The notes under the pieces: generated by a model
What the model was told of the DNA's origin: nothing
Databases searched by the model: none
Seen by the model: the letters and a program-made list of their open reading frames with translations, nothing else
Position numbers and translations under genes: made by a program
Part shown: piece after piece, positions 29,684 through 38,837 of the stretch
How positions within the stretch are numbered: position 1 is the stretch's first letter
Layout: each line of letters begins with the position of its first letter
Source: Ilumatobacteraceae bacterium
GTDB taxonomy: Bacteria; Actinomycetota; Acidimicrobiia; Acidimicrobiales; Ilumatobacteraceae
DNA: 64,000 nt
Direction: 5' to 3'
Assembly: GCA_036771295.1 (NCBI GenBank)
Contig: DAIPHP010000001.1
Span: 648 to 64,647, forward strand

Positions 29684-30199
29684 ATGAGCGGCGGAGACTC
29701 GGTCGAAGCGGTTGAGCTCGATCTTGTCGGTGTGGTGGTCGAGTCACCGGCGAACGTGCCCGTGATGCACCTGCGCGAGCACGAGGGGGAGCGACGCGTG
29801 CTGAGCATCTACATCGGAAGCGCCGAAGCAAGTGCGATTCGTCTGGTCTTGGAGGGTCGTCAACCGCCGCGACCGCTGACTCATGACTTGCTGGTGAACG
29901 TCTTTGAAGACCTCGGTGCTCACGTCAATCGCGTGGTGATCACTGAGATGCGCAATCACACGTACTTCGCCGAGTTGCAAGTGGTGCACAACGGTCAGCG
30001 ACACGCGATTTCGTGCCGCCCTTCCGATGCCGTTGCAATCGCGGTGCGTGCCGAGGTGCCGATCACGGCCAGCCGCCAGCTGATGGACGAAGTCGGCCAA
30101 GTCGTCGACGAGCATGCAGAGGATGCTGAGGAGGAAGTGCTCGAGGAATTTCGCGACTTCATCGACAGCATCAATCCCGAGGATTTTCAAGAGAAGTAG
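29684..30199 (+). CDS. Bifunctional nuclease family protein (DUF151)
   Basis: VPVMHLRE...RVLSIYIGSAEASAI...RPLTHDL...YFAEL motifs and an acidic C-terminal tail. Confidence 0.85.
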   Translation: MSGGDSVEAVELDLVGVVVESPANVPVMHLREHEGERRVLSIYIGSAEASAIRLVLEGRQPPRPLTHDLLVNVFEDLGAHVNRVVITEMRNHTYFAELQVVHNGQRHAISCRPSDAVAIAVRAEVPITASRQLMDEVGQVVDEHAEDAEEEVLEEFRDFIDSINPEDFQEK

Positions 30200-30232
30200 C
30201 ACGGTTGGCGGCGGGGCAGGGTCAGCCCTAGC

Positions 30233-30760
30233 GTGAGTGTCCCCATGGTCGTGACTCGCAGCAACAATTTCGAGTCGTCACGAACCTTCAGCGGCACGCA
30301 GGCGGCCGACATCGTCGGCATCACCTACCGTCAGCTCGACTACTGGGCTCGGACCGACCTCGTTCGCCCGTCGGCTACCGATGCCGCCGGTAGTGGCTCG
30401 CGTCGCGAATACGTGTACCGAGACTTGCTCGAACTGAAAGTCATCAAGAATCTTCTCGACGCCGGCATCAAGCTGGAGTCCGTGCGCGAAGTGTTCAACT
30501 ATCTCCGGCGTCACGTCTCCACCGATGTCGCGTCGGCCCACATCGTGATCAGCGGCAAGAGCGTCGTGCTGTGCGACGGTGAGCACCTGATCGATGCCGT
30601 GCGCAACGGGCAGGGCGTGTTGAACGTGCTGCCGCTTTCCTCGGTCAAGCAGGAACTCGACTCGAAGATCGTCGAAATCAAGCGTCGCGAGCGCACTGCA
30701 TCCACGAGTGCGGCGAGCCAGTCCGGCCATCGCGTCGCAACCCACGGCATCGCGCGGTAA
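30233..30760 (+). CDS. MerR family transcriptional regulator (Rv1830-like)
   Basis: MerR HTH AADIVGITYRQLDYWARTDLVRPS...REYVYRDLLELKVIKNLL. Confidence 0.85.
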   Translation: MSVPMVVTRSNNFESSRTFSGTQAADIVGITYRQLDYWARTDLVRPSATDAAGSGSRREYVYRDLLELKVIKNLLDAGIKLESVREVFNYLRRHVSTDVASAHIVISGKSVVLCDGEHLIDAVRNGQGVLNVLPLSSVKQELDSKIVEIKRRERTASTSAASQSGHRVATHGIAR

Positions 30761-30763
30761 CCG

Positions 30764-31816
30764 ATGACGGGTGACCGTCTGTCGCCGCTCGACGCATTCC
30801 ACCGCGAGCTCGGTGCAAAGATGATGCCGTTCGGCGGTTGGGAGATGCCGTTGTCGTATCCGAGCGGCACCATCGCCGAACACATGGCCTGCCGAACAGG
30901 GGCGGCGATGTTCGACGTCTCGCACCTCGGGACGGTACGACTGGAGGGCGGCGAGGCGTTCGATCGGCTTCAGTACGCGCTCACCAACGATCTGCGCAAG
31001 GTGTCCGCGGGACGCGCGCAATACACGCACTCGTGCAACGATCGCGGTGGAGTGGTGGACGACATCATCGTCTGGTGGGTCTCGGAGAACGTGTTCGATG
31101 TCATGCCGAACGCCTCGAACACCGCGAGGATCCTCTCCGTCATCGGCGGTGTCGACACGACGGCGTCACGAGCGGTGTTGGCGGTGCAGGGTCCGAAGGC
31201 ACGGGAGCGGCTCGCAACCTTCGCACCACAAGCAGCGAGCGTGAAGCGATTCCGAGTCGAGCCGGTCGAAGTGCGCGGCGTCGCGTGCATCGTCGCCGGA
31301 ACCGGATACACGGGTGAGGACGGAGTCGAGATCGCAGTTCCCGTTCAGCACGCCGAGCGTCTCGCGCGCGCCATCGTGGCGGCCGGCGTCACGCCGGCAG
31401 GCTTGGGGGCGCGAGACACGTTGCGACTGGAGGCAGCATTGCCGTTGCACGGACATGAGCTGTCCCCGGACATCACCACGCTCGAAGCCGACCTCGGCTG
31501 GGTGATCGGATGGGACAAACCTGACTTCATCGGTAAAGCGGCTCTTTCGGCCCAGCGAAACGAGGGCGTGCGAAGGATCCTGTGCGGGTTACGAACTGAG
31601 TCGCGTCGACCACCGCGGGACGGGGCCCGTGTGGTCAGTGAAGGACGCGACGTGGGGGTGGTGACGAGCGGTAATTACTCGCCGATGCTCGAGGTCGGAA
31701 TCGCCTTGGCCCTGGTGGAACCTGCGTTTGCGGCGACAGGAGGCAGGCTCGAGCTGCACGTTCGCGACAGCGCGCTTCCGTCGACCGTGGTCGCTCGCCC
31801 GTTCGTCAAGCGCTAA
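30764..31816 (+). CDS. gcvT: Glycine cleavage system aminomethyltransferase T
   Basis: FGGWEMPLSY, FDVSHLG, GYTGEDGVEI, ARDTLRLEA motifs. Confidence 0.95.
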   Translation: MTGDRLSPLDAFHRELGAKMMPFGGWEMPLSYPSGTIAEHMACRTGAAMFDVSHLGTVRLEGGEAFDRLQYALTNDLRKVSAGRAQYTHSCNDRGGVVDDIIVWWVSENVFDVMPNASNTARILSVIGGVDTTASRAVLAVQGPKARERLATFAPQAASVKRFRVEPVEVRGVACIVAGTGYTGEDGVEIAVPVQHAERLARAIVAAGVTPAGLGARDTLRLEAALPLHGHELSPDITTLEADLGWVIGWDKPDFIGKAALSAQRNEGVRRILCGLRTESRRPPRDGARVVSEGRDVGVVTSGNYSPMLEVGIALALVEPAFAATGGRLELHVRDSALPSTVVARPFVKR

Positions 31817-31861
31817 TCGAATCCGGCTCGCATAGCGTCAGCCGATCACGAGGGGGTTGGT

Positions 31862-32251
31862 CTACGGCTGTTGGTGTGTTCCGGTCGCAGCCTGAGGTGT
31901 TGACGACGTAGTCGGGGCGCTGGCGGCTGGTTTGGGGGTGAGATTCGACATGGCCTTGCTGGCCAGCGACGGAAGGAACGACACCAATGACCCTGCCTGG
32001 TCGGCCATCCCGGCGATGCGACGAATCGGCTCTTCGACATCGTCGAGCAATCGATTCACACGCGCCGCCGCACTGTTGAGATTGTCCATCGTCGCCCCGA
32101 AGTTTTCAAGTGCGACAATGAGCGCCTCGACGGTGCGCCGACCCTGTTCGGCGAGCTTGACACCCTCGCTGACCGGGTCGATGCCGCGAAGTAACGCGAG
32201 GAGATCGCTGACGATTTTCTGCACGTCCACGGGCGGCGTGGGGTTCGACAT
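31862..32251 (-). CDS. Hypothetical helical protein with Pro/Ser/Thr/Ala-rich tail
   Basis: The ATG is 3 nt after the gcvP stop on the same strand. Helical heptad-like N-terminus and a low-complexity tail. No recognisable motif. Confidence 0.5.
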   Translation of the reverse strand: MSNPTPPVDVQKIVSDLLALLRGIDPVSEGVKLAEQGRRTVEALIVALENFGATMDNLNSAAARVNRLLDDVEEPIRRIAGMADQAGSLVSFLPSLASKAMSNLTPKPAASAPTTSSTPQAATGTHQQP

Positions 32252-32254
32252 GGC

Positions 32255-35098
32255 TCAACCGTAGTGCGCGCTCGCGAGAGCCTCCAGTGGTTCGCAGGAG
32301 CACACCAGGTTGCGGTCACCATGGGCCGCGTCGATCCGCGAGACCGGCGGGAAGTATCCGCGCGAACGGAGCGATGCAAGCGGGTAGAGCGCGAGCGTGC
32401 GGTCGTACACCCGGTTCCATTCACCGACGACGTCTTCGACCGTGTGCGGGGCAAATCTCAACGGCGATTGTTCGACTGTCCACTCTCCGGTCTCGATGCG
32501 TGCAATCTCTTGCCGAATGGAGATCATCGCTTCGCAGAACCGATCGAGCTCGGCCAATGACTCGCTCTCCGTCGGCTCGACCATCAACGTGCCGCCCACC
32601 GGGAAGCTCATCGTCGGGGCATGGAAGCCGTAGTCCATCAACCGTTTCGCGACGTCATCGACGGTGACCCCGGTTCGCTTCGTGATGTCGCGCACGTCGA
32701 GGATGCACTCGTGGGCGACGAGGCCCGACGCGCCCGTGTAGAGCGTGGGGAAGTGGTCGCGCAGTCTTCGCGACACGTAGTTCGCGCTGGCGATGGCTTG
32801 TGCCGTCGCCCGACGAAGACCGTCCGGACCCATCATCCGCACGTACACCCACGAGATCGGGAGGATGCTCGCTGATCCGAAGCGAGCGGCCGAGACGGGG
32901 CCGACACCTGAATCTGTGGTGTCGAGCGGATCACTGGGCAGGAAGGCCGCGAGGTGATGGCGAACCGCGACTGGGCCGACTCCTGGACCGCCGCCACCGT
33001 GGGGGATGCAGAAGGTCTTGTGCAGATTGAGGTGGCTCACGTCGGCACCGAACAAACCAGGCTTGGCGACGCCGACGAGGGCGTTCAGATTGGCACCGTC
33101 GACGTACACCTGGCCGCCATGGCGGTGCACCTCGTCACAGATCTCACCGACCGCCGCCTCGAACACGCCGTGGGTGGAGGGATACGTGATCATGAGTGCG
33201 GCGAGTCGGTCGCCGGCGCGCGCGCACTTTTCGCGCAGGTCGGAGACGTCGACGTTCCCGTCAGCGTCGCAAGCGACGACCACGACCTCCATGCCGGCCA
33301 TCACGGCACTGGCGGCGTTGGTGCCGTGGGCGCTCGAGGGAATGAGGCAGATGGTGCGCTGCTTGTCACCACGGCTGTCGTGGTACCCACGAATCGCGAG
33401 AAGTCCAGCGAACTCTCCCTGGCTACCGGCGTTCGGCTGCAAGCTCACGGCGTCGTAGCCGGTGACGGCGCACATCATGCGCTCCACTTCGTTGACGAGT
33501 CGTTGGTAGCCCCGCAGATCGCGGGCGGCTTGGTGCGGATGGATGTTGGAGAATTCGGGCCACGTCACGGGGATCATCTCGGTGGTGGCGTTGAGTTTCA
33601 TCGTGCACGAGCCGAGAGGAATCATCGTGCGGTCGAGGGCGAGGTCTTTGTCGGCGAGCCGCCGCAGGTAGCGCAGCATCTCGGTCTCCGTTCGATACCG
33701 GCGGAACACCGCTTGGTCGAGGAACACGTCGGAACGTAAGTGCTCGTCGGCGATCGCGAGTGTCATCGTCCGCTCGTTGACCTGGTCGGCGGTCGCACTC
33801 ACGCCGAACGCCGCGAGCAGATCCACTACGAAATTCGTGTCGGTCGTCTCGTCGAAGCTGAAGGCGAGAGTGCGGTCGTCGACATGGCGCATGACGATGT
33901 CCGAGCGCAAGGCCGCGGCAGCGATGCCGGCGGCATCGACACCAGTGACGGTGACCGTGTCGAAACGAGAACCTTTAGCCACGGATCCGACACGATGGTG
34001 CTCGAGCAGCGAGATGGCGGCCTGTGCGTACGAACTGATTCGGCGAGCGATTGCTTGCAGTCCGTCGCGACCGTGCCACGCCGCATAAAAGCCTGCAATG
34101 TTGGCCAGCAGTGCCTGGGCAGTGCAGATGTTCGAGGTGGCTTTCTCCCGCCGAATGTGCTGCTCGCGAGTCTGCAGGGCCAGGCGCAACGCCGGGCGAC
34201 CCGCAGTGTCGGTGCTCACGCCGACCAGACGACCGGGCAGCGACCGGGCAAACGACTCGGTTGCCGCGAGGAACGCAGCGTGCGGACCGCCGCAGCCCAT
34301 CGGCACACCGAAGCGCTGCGCGCTGCCGACGGCAATGTCGAATCCGAGTGACGCGGGCGTCGTCAGGAGGGTGCTGGCAAGAGGGTCGGTGACGCACACG
34401 GCGATGGCTCCGCGCGCATGCGCGGCCTCCACCACGCGACCCACCTCGGAGTCTGGGGCGACGATGCCGCTCGACGAGGGTCGAGAAACGACCACACAGA
34501 ACGCGTCGACTGTCGCCAAGGCGGCGAGCGGCAGCACCTCTACCGACACGCCGACCGGGGCGCAACGGGCGCGCAAGACGCTCAGGTGTTGGGGGTGCGT
34601 GTCGTCGTGGATCGCGACGACACGGCTCTCGTTCTTTGCGGTGCGTCGTGCCATGGTCACTGCTTCGGCAATCGCCGTTGACTCATCCAGGAGTGATGCG
34701 TTCGCGATGTCCAGACCCGTCAATTCAGTGACGACGGTTTGGAAGTTCAACAGGCCTTCCAGCCGGCCCTGGCTGATTTCAGGCTGATACGGCGTGTACG
34801 CCGTGTACCACGCCGGGTTTTCCAACACGTTGCGAAGGATCACCGGTGGTGTGATGGTCGGGTAGTAGCCGGTGCCGATGGCGCAACGGCGGACGGTGTT
34901 CTCGGCGGCGATCGACCGCAGCTCGCGAAGCACCTCGTGCTCGGAGACCGCCGGAGGAAGGTCGAGCTGCTCGGTCACCAAGATGCTCGCCGGCACCGCC
35001 GCGTTGAGGAGTTCGTCGTTCGACGCGAAACCGAGCGTGCGCGAAATGTGGGATTGCTCGGACGAGTGTGGCCCGATGTGGCGGGATTCGAAGTTCAT
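32255..35098 (-). CDS. gcvP: Glycine dehydrogenase (aminomethyl-transferring), single-chain P protein
   Basis: 947 aa. [14 protein letters not shown] and the PLP-lysine region [16 protein letters not shown]. Confidence 0.97.
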   Translation of the reverse strand: MNFESRHIGPHSSEQSHISRTLGFASNDELLNAAVPASILVTEQLDLPPAVSEHEVLRELRSIAAENTVRRCAIGTGYYPTITPPVILRNVLENPAWYTAYTPYQPEISQGRLEGLLNFQTVVTELTGLDIANASLLDESTAIAEAVTMARRTAKNESRVVAIHDDTHPQHLSVLRARCAPVGVSVEVLPLAALATVDAFCVVVSRPSSSGIVAPDSEVGRVVEAAHARGAIAVCVTDPLASTLLTTPASLGFDIAVGSAQRFGVPMGCGGPHAAFLAATESFARSLPGRLVGVSTDTAGRPALRLALQTREQHIRREKATSNICTAQALLANIAGFYAAWHGRDGLQAIARRISSYAQAAISLLEHHRVGSVAKGSRFDTVTVTGVDAAGIAAAALRSDIVMRHVDDRTLAFSFDETTDTNFVVDLLAAFGVSATADQVNERTMTLAIADEHLRSDVFLDQAVFRRYRTETEMLRYLRRLADKDLALDRTMIPLGSCTMKLNATTEMIPVTWPEFSNIHPHQAARDLRGYQRLVNEVERMMCAVTGYDAVSLQPNAGSQGEFAGLLAIRGYHDSRGDKQRTICLIPSSAHGTNAASAVMAGMEVVVVACDADGNVDVSDLREKCARAGDRLAALMITYPSTHGVFEAAVGEICDEVHRHGGQVYVDGANLNALVGVAKPGLFGADVSHLNLHKTFCIPHGGGGPGVGPVAVRHHLAAFLPSDPLDTTDSGVGPVSAARFGSASILPISWVYVRMMGPDGLRRATAQAIASANYVSRRLRDHFPTLYTGASGLVAHECILDVRDITKRTGVTVDDVAKRLMDYGFHAPTMSFPVGGTLMVEPTESESLAELDRFCEAMISIRQEIARIETGEWTVEQSPLRFAPHTVEDVVGEWNRVYDRTLALYPLASLRSRGYFPPVSRIDAAHGDRNLVCSCEPLEALASAHYG

Positions 35099-35134
35099 GA
35101 TTCCTCGATAAAAGAGCGACGTGGTGACACGACG

Positions 35135-35335
35135 ATGAGCCTTGCCACCCCCGCTGTCTTTCGCACCTGAGAGCTTCCGCGGCGAACCGCGTTTCCCCGT
35201 CGGTGGAGGAGAGGTCAGTCTCCCCGCTTTCCAGCGTTGCCAGACGACTCGGTTCGGGTACCTGAGAGGTTCCGGGGCGGTTGCTCCTTCGGTGTGACGT
35301 CGCGCCGGCAGCGCGATTCACTCTCCCGAGTGGTC
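35135..35335 (-). promoter_or_regulatory. Tandem glycine riboswitch in the gcvP leader
   Basis: The reverse complement reads aptamer 1 as cGGGAGAG...CACCGAAGGAGCAA...CTCTCAGG and aptamer 2 as GGGGAGAC...CCACCGACGGGGAAA...CTCTCAGGtgcgaaagACAGCGGGG. A GAGGAA SD and the gcvP ATG follow. Confidence 0.85.
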
Positions 35336-35375
35336 TATAGCACTCGCCAGCGTAGTTCGTAGCCGACGGGGCGCC

Positions 35376-36155
35376 GTGACGGTGCGGGCATCTAGTGTTG
35401 CCGGCATGAGCACGTCCATGTCATCTCGCGCCCTGTCCGATGCCGTCAGCCCGTTCTTCTCGGACCTGGGCAGCAAGTACATGCTCGATCCTGCGACCGC
35501 AGAGATCGGCAAGGCGGCAGGGTATTCAGACGGGTTCTCCTTCTACTTTGCGGGCCGTGGCGGAGTGCTCGGCGACGTCGACGCCGACGTCGTGTACGCG
35601 GCGTTCGCGTTCTTCGACCACGGGATCACCAAGAAGATGTGGGAGCGCGGCGTCAAAGTGGAAGGCGCACGCAAAGCCGCCACTCGATACGCCGCCGCCG
35701 CCGATGCTTGGGGAAAGGCTCACTTGGCGAAGTTCTCCAAGGCGGCTCGTTTCAACGAACTTGCCGAGAAGGTCGCAGCCTCAGTCGATTCTGTCGGGCT
35801 CTCGTTGTTCGCCGGTCTGCGATCCGAACCGTTGTCGAGCGATCCGATCGCGCGCTCGTACCGACTCGTCACGTGGTTGCGCGAGCTGCGCGGGTGTCTG
35901 CACATCAACGCGATCGTCGCCGAGGGATTGACGGCCAAAGAGGCGGTGCTGAGTTCGGAAAACGGCGACTTCTTTGCCAAGTTGCACGGCTACCAAGAGC
36001 CGTACCCAGACGTGTCGCATCTCAAGGAGCGTCGAGAGAAGGCGGAGGAGACCACCGCGCGACTCATGGCCGACGTCTACGAGCGCGCCCTGTCGGCGAC
36101 CGAACGCGCGGAGTTCGCGGCGCTCGTCGCTGATATGAAGGCGTCGGTCGCCTGA
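35376..36155 (+). CDS. Hypothetical helical protein (conserved-actinobacterial look; family name uncertain)
   Basis: 259-aa ORF with normal composition and codon bias. The start could be the ATG at 35406. No catalytic motif seen. Confidence 0.55.
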   Translation: MTVRASSVAGMSTSMSSRALSDAVSPFFSDLGSKYMLDPATAEIGKAAGYSDGFSFYFAGRGGVLGDVDADVVYAAFAFFDHGITKKMWERGVKVEGARKAATRYAAAADAWGKAHLAKFSKAARFNELAEKVAASVDSVGLSLFAGLRSEPLSSDPIARSYRLVTWLRELRGCLHINAIVAEGLTAKEAVLSSENGDFFAKLHGYQEPYPDVSHLKERREKAEETTARLMADVYERALSATERAEFAALVADMKASVA

Positions 36156-36158
36156 CGC

Positions 36159-36434
36159 ATGCGGCGTTTCGCGCTGCTCTCGTTCACGTTCCTTGCATTG
36201 CTGAGTTGCTCGATTCCCAGCCCCCAAACCCTCGACTGCACTGACGGCGAGTCAGTGTTCGCGTGCAAATCAATGTTCACCGACGGCAAATCACGCGCAA
36301 TTGTCTTTGTTGACAGCCCGATGCCTGATCAAGACGTACTCGACCGTGCCGTAGTTCGTGACGACCTTGCAAATGTTTATTGCGTGACGTTGTATGCGAA
36401 TGCAACCGCAACGTTTGTTTCGGGCGAATGTTGA
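36159..36434 (+). CDS. Small Cys-rich putative lipoprotein
   Basis: Signal peptide with lipobox LLSC and four further Cys. GC is about 43-57% against a background of about 63%. Starts 3 nt after the previous stop. Confidence 0.5.
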   Translation: MRRFALLSFTFLALLSCSIPSPQTLDCTDGESVFACKSMFTDGKSRAIVFVDSPMPDQDVLDRAVVRDDLANVYCVTLYANATATFVSGEC

Positions 36435-36515
36435 TTGTTGCGACGAGATTCCTGTCTGAGTGAATTGACACGACGCGCTGGCGCCTGACGTTTCGCAGTA
36501 ATCGATGGAAGTTCG

Positions 36516-37373
36516 CTAGTTCGAGGTGCAACGGTTCGTGATCGAGCCGAGACCGTCGATCGTCGACACGAGAACGTCGCCCGGTGCGAGAAACTGCGGC
36601 GGCTTGCGAGCGCCGCCGACGCCGCTCGGGGTCCCGGTGTAAATCACGTCGCCTGGCAACAGTTCGACGATGCCCGACAGGTACGACACCAACTGCGGCA
36701 CGGAGAAGATCATGTCGTCGGTGCTGGTGCGCTGTACCTCCACGCCGTTTCGCTGGCAGTGCATGGTGAGCGCGTCGCGGTCAGCAACGACACGTGCATC
36801 GGTGAGCCACGGGCCGAACGGCGAGTACCCGCGACGGCTCTTGCCGAGGCTGAACTGTGGCGGCTGTGTCGCGCGTTGCAACAAGCGGTCGCTGATGTCC
36901 TGACCCACACAGAGCCCGGCGACGGCATCCCACCCTTCGGCTTCCGCGATGTCACGACCACCTCTTCCAATCACGGCGACGAGCTCAACCTCCCAGTCGG
37001 CGGTCGGCACCGTGATCGCAACGTCTCCGTTCGGGGTGTTGACGCTGGAAGCGAACTTCGTGAACGTGAGCGGAGTCTCGGGTATCGGCGCACCAGTTTC
37101 TTTCGCGTGCTCTCGATAGTTGAGACCAATACCAAAGATCTGGGCGGGCCGTGGCGACGGCGCGAAAAGTTGATCGTTCGTGAAGGGTTCACCGAACGAG
37201 CCGAGATCGGATGCTGCGAGATCTTGAAGGTCGCGCCAGCGGGCGTACGCGAGCATGGGGTCGGCGCTGAAGCGCCCCTTGCTCGCGCGTTCGAGGTCCG
37301 CCGCGACACCTCCTGCCGCATTCGTGCTGAGCACGAGCGAAGCGCGACCACTCACGTTGGCAAATCGCATCAT
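36516..37373 (-). CDS. Fumarylacetoacetate hydrolase family protein
   Basis: GIGLNYREHAKE, EVELVAVIG, GDVIYTGTPSGVG motifs. Confidence 0.9.
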   Translation of the reverse strand: MMRFANVSGRASLVLSTNAAGGVAADLERASKGRFSADPMLAYARWRDLQDLAASDLGSFGEPFTNDQLFAPSPRPAQIFGIGLNYREHAKETGAPIPETPLTFTKFASSVNTPNGDVAITVPTADWEVELVAVIGRGGRDIAEAEGWDAVAGLCVGQDISDRLLQRATQPPQFSLGKSRRGYSPFGPWLTDARVVADRDALTMHCQRNGVEVQRTSTDDMIFSVPQLVSYLSGIVELLPGDVIYTGTPSGVGGARKPPQFLAPGDVLVSTIDGLGSITNRCTSN

Positions 37374-37425
37374 CGACGAGATTAGTGTCCGAGACGGTTC
37401 GAGTTCGCAGAGGGGTGCTCGCTAC

Positions 37426-38829
37426 ATGAGGGTGGTCATTGTCGGAGGCGGCCCCGTGGGCCTGGTGACCTCGATCGTTCTGAGCAGCCACGGGGTGGCG
37501 AACACGGTCATCGAGCGCGACGCAACGGTGTACGGGTTGCCGAGGGCAATCGTGATGGACGCCGAGATTCGACACTCGCTGTCGCGATTCGGTTTGGCGG
37601 ACGATCTCGACCCGGTGCTGCAACCGATGGTCGCAGCCGACTTCGTCGATGCCGCCGGCAAGACCTTGATGGGTATCGATTTGGCGGGCGTCGAATTGCT
37701 CGGATGTCCGGCCGTGAGCAAGCACTTTCAGCCGAGACTCGACGAGACGTTACGGGCTGCTGCGATCGCCCGCGGCGCGCGTCTCACCCTCGGTCGGGTA
37801 GCGAGCAGTTTCGCCGTGGAATCTGACGCCGTTCGGGTGACTCTTGACGACGGCACAGTCGTCGAAGCCGACTATCTCGTCGGCTGTGACGGGGCATCGA
37901 GCGTCATTCGCAAATCGCTGGGAATCGCACTGCAGGACTTGGGATTCGATCAGGACTGGTTGGTCGTCGATCTCTTGTTGCGTGATCGGGCCACGTCCGG
38001 ACTCCCGGATGTCACCCGCCAAGTGTGCGATGCCCGGCGCCCGACCACGTTGGTGAGCGGATTCGGGGACTACTACCGTTTCGAATTCCAACTTCAGCCG
38101 GGCGAAGATCCGAAAGCCATGTGCGAAGAGTCGAGTCTCTGGAGCCTGCTGCGACCGTGGACCGGCCCGGAGAAGGCGAGCATCGTCCGCAAGGCGGCGT
38201 ATCGCTTTCACGCGGTGGTCGCGGAGTCGATGAACCAGGGTCGTGTTTTTTTGGCCGGCGACTCTGCCCATCAGATGCCGCCGTTCATGGGGCAGGGACT
38301 CAATTCCGGCATGCGAGACGCATTCAACCTTGGCTGGAAGCTGGCGTACCTGCGCCAAGGACTGTCTTCTGCTCGCCTGCTCGACACGTATTCGAGCGAG
38401 CGAATCCCGGGTGCTCGTGCGACTGTCGAACAGTCGGTCGAGACGGGTCGCTTGATCGACCAACTCGCCGGTCGAAGCAGTCACGGTGTGAGCGAGTCGG
38501 CAGGCTATGGCGGCTCTCGACGACGAGTCGCCTACGAAAACGGGGTCGTCGCCGGCTCGAGCGAGCACCGCGGCACGATCTACTCGCAGTGGCACCGGTT
38601 CACCGACTACGACGCCGGTTCTTTCTTGGTGTTGCTGGCTATCGATGCGTCGGTTGATGGGGGCTCGCTCTCTGAGTGGCGGATACCGCACGTTGTTCGG
38701 CGAGCCGATCGCGATCTCACCTACGGCGCAGACGTCGTTTTCGTGCGACCCGACGGGTACGTCGCCGCGGTGTGCTCAGCTGCAGAGTGCAGCGACACAC
38801 TGCGAACGCTCGATAGCGCCATGCGTTGA
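37426..38829 (+). CDS. FAD-dependent aromatic-ring monooxygenase (MhpA-like)
   Basis: VVIVGGGPVGL dinucleotide fold, DGASS, GDSAHQMPPFMGQGLNSGMRDAFNLGWKLA. ATG at 37426. Confidence 0.88.
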   Translation: MRVVIVGGGPVGLVTSIVLSSHGVANTVIERDATVYGLPRAIVMDAEIRHSLSRFGLADDLDPVLQPMVAADFVDAAGKTLMGIDLAGVELLGCPAVSKHFQPRLDETLRAAAIARGARLTLGRVASSFAVESDAVRVTLDDGTVVEADYLVGCDGASSVIRKSLGIALQDLGFDQDWLVVDLLLRDRATSGLPDVTRQVCDARRPTTLVSGFGDYYRFEFQLQPGEDPKAMCEESSLWSLLRPWTGPEKASIVRKAAYRFHAVVAESMNQGRVFLAGDSAHQMPPFMGQGLNSGMRDAFNLGWKLAYLRQGLSSARLLDTYSSERIPGARATVEQSVETGRLIDQLAGRSSHGVSESAGYGGSRRRVAYENGVVAGSSEHRGTIYSQWHRFTDYDAGSFLVLLAIDASVDGGSLSEWRIPHVVRRADRDLTYGADVVFVRPDGYVAAVCSAAECSDTLRTLDSAMR

Positions 38830-38837
38830 AAAGATGA

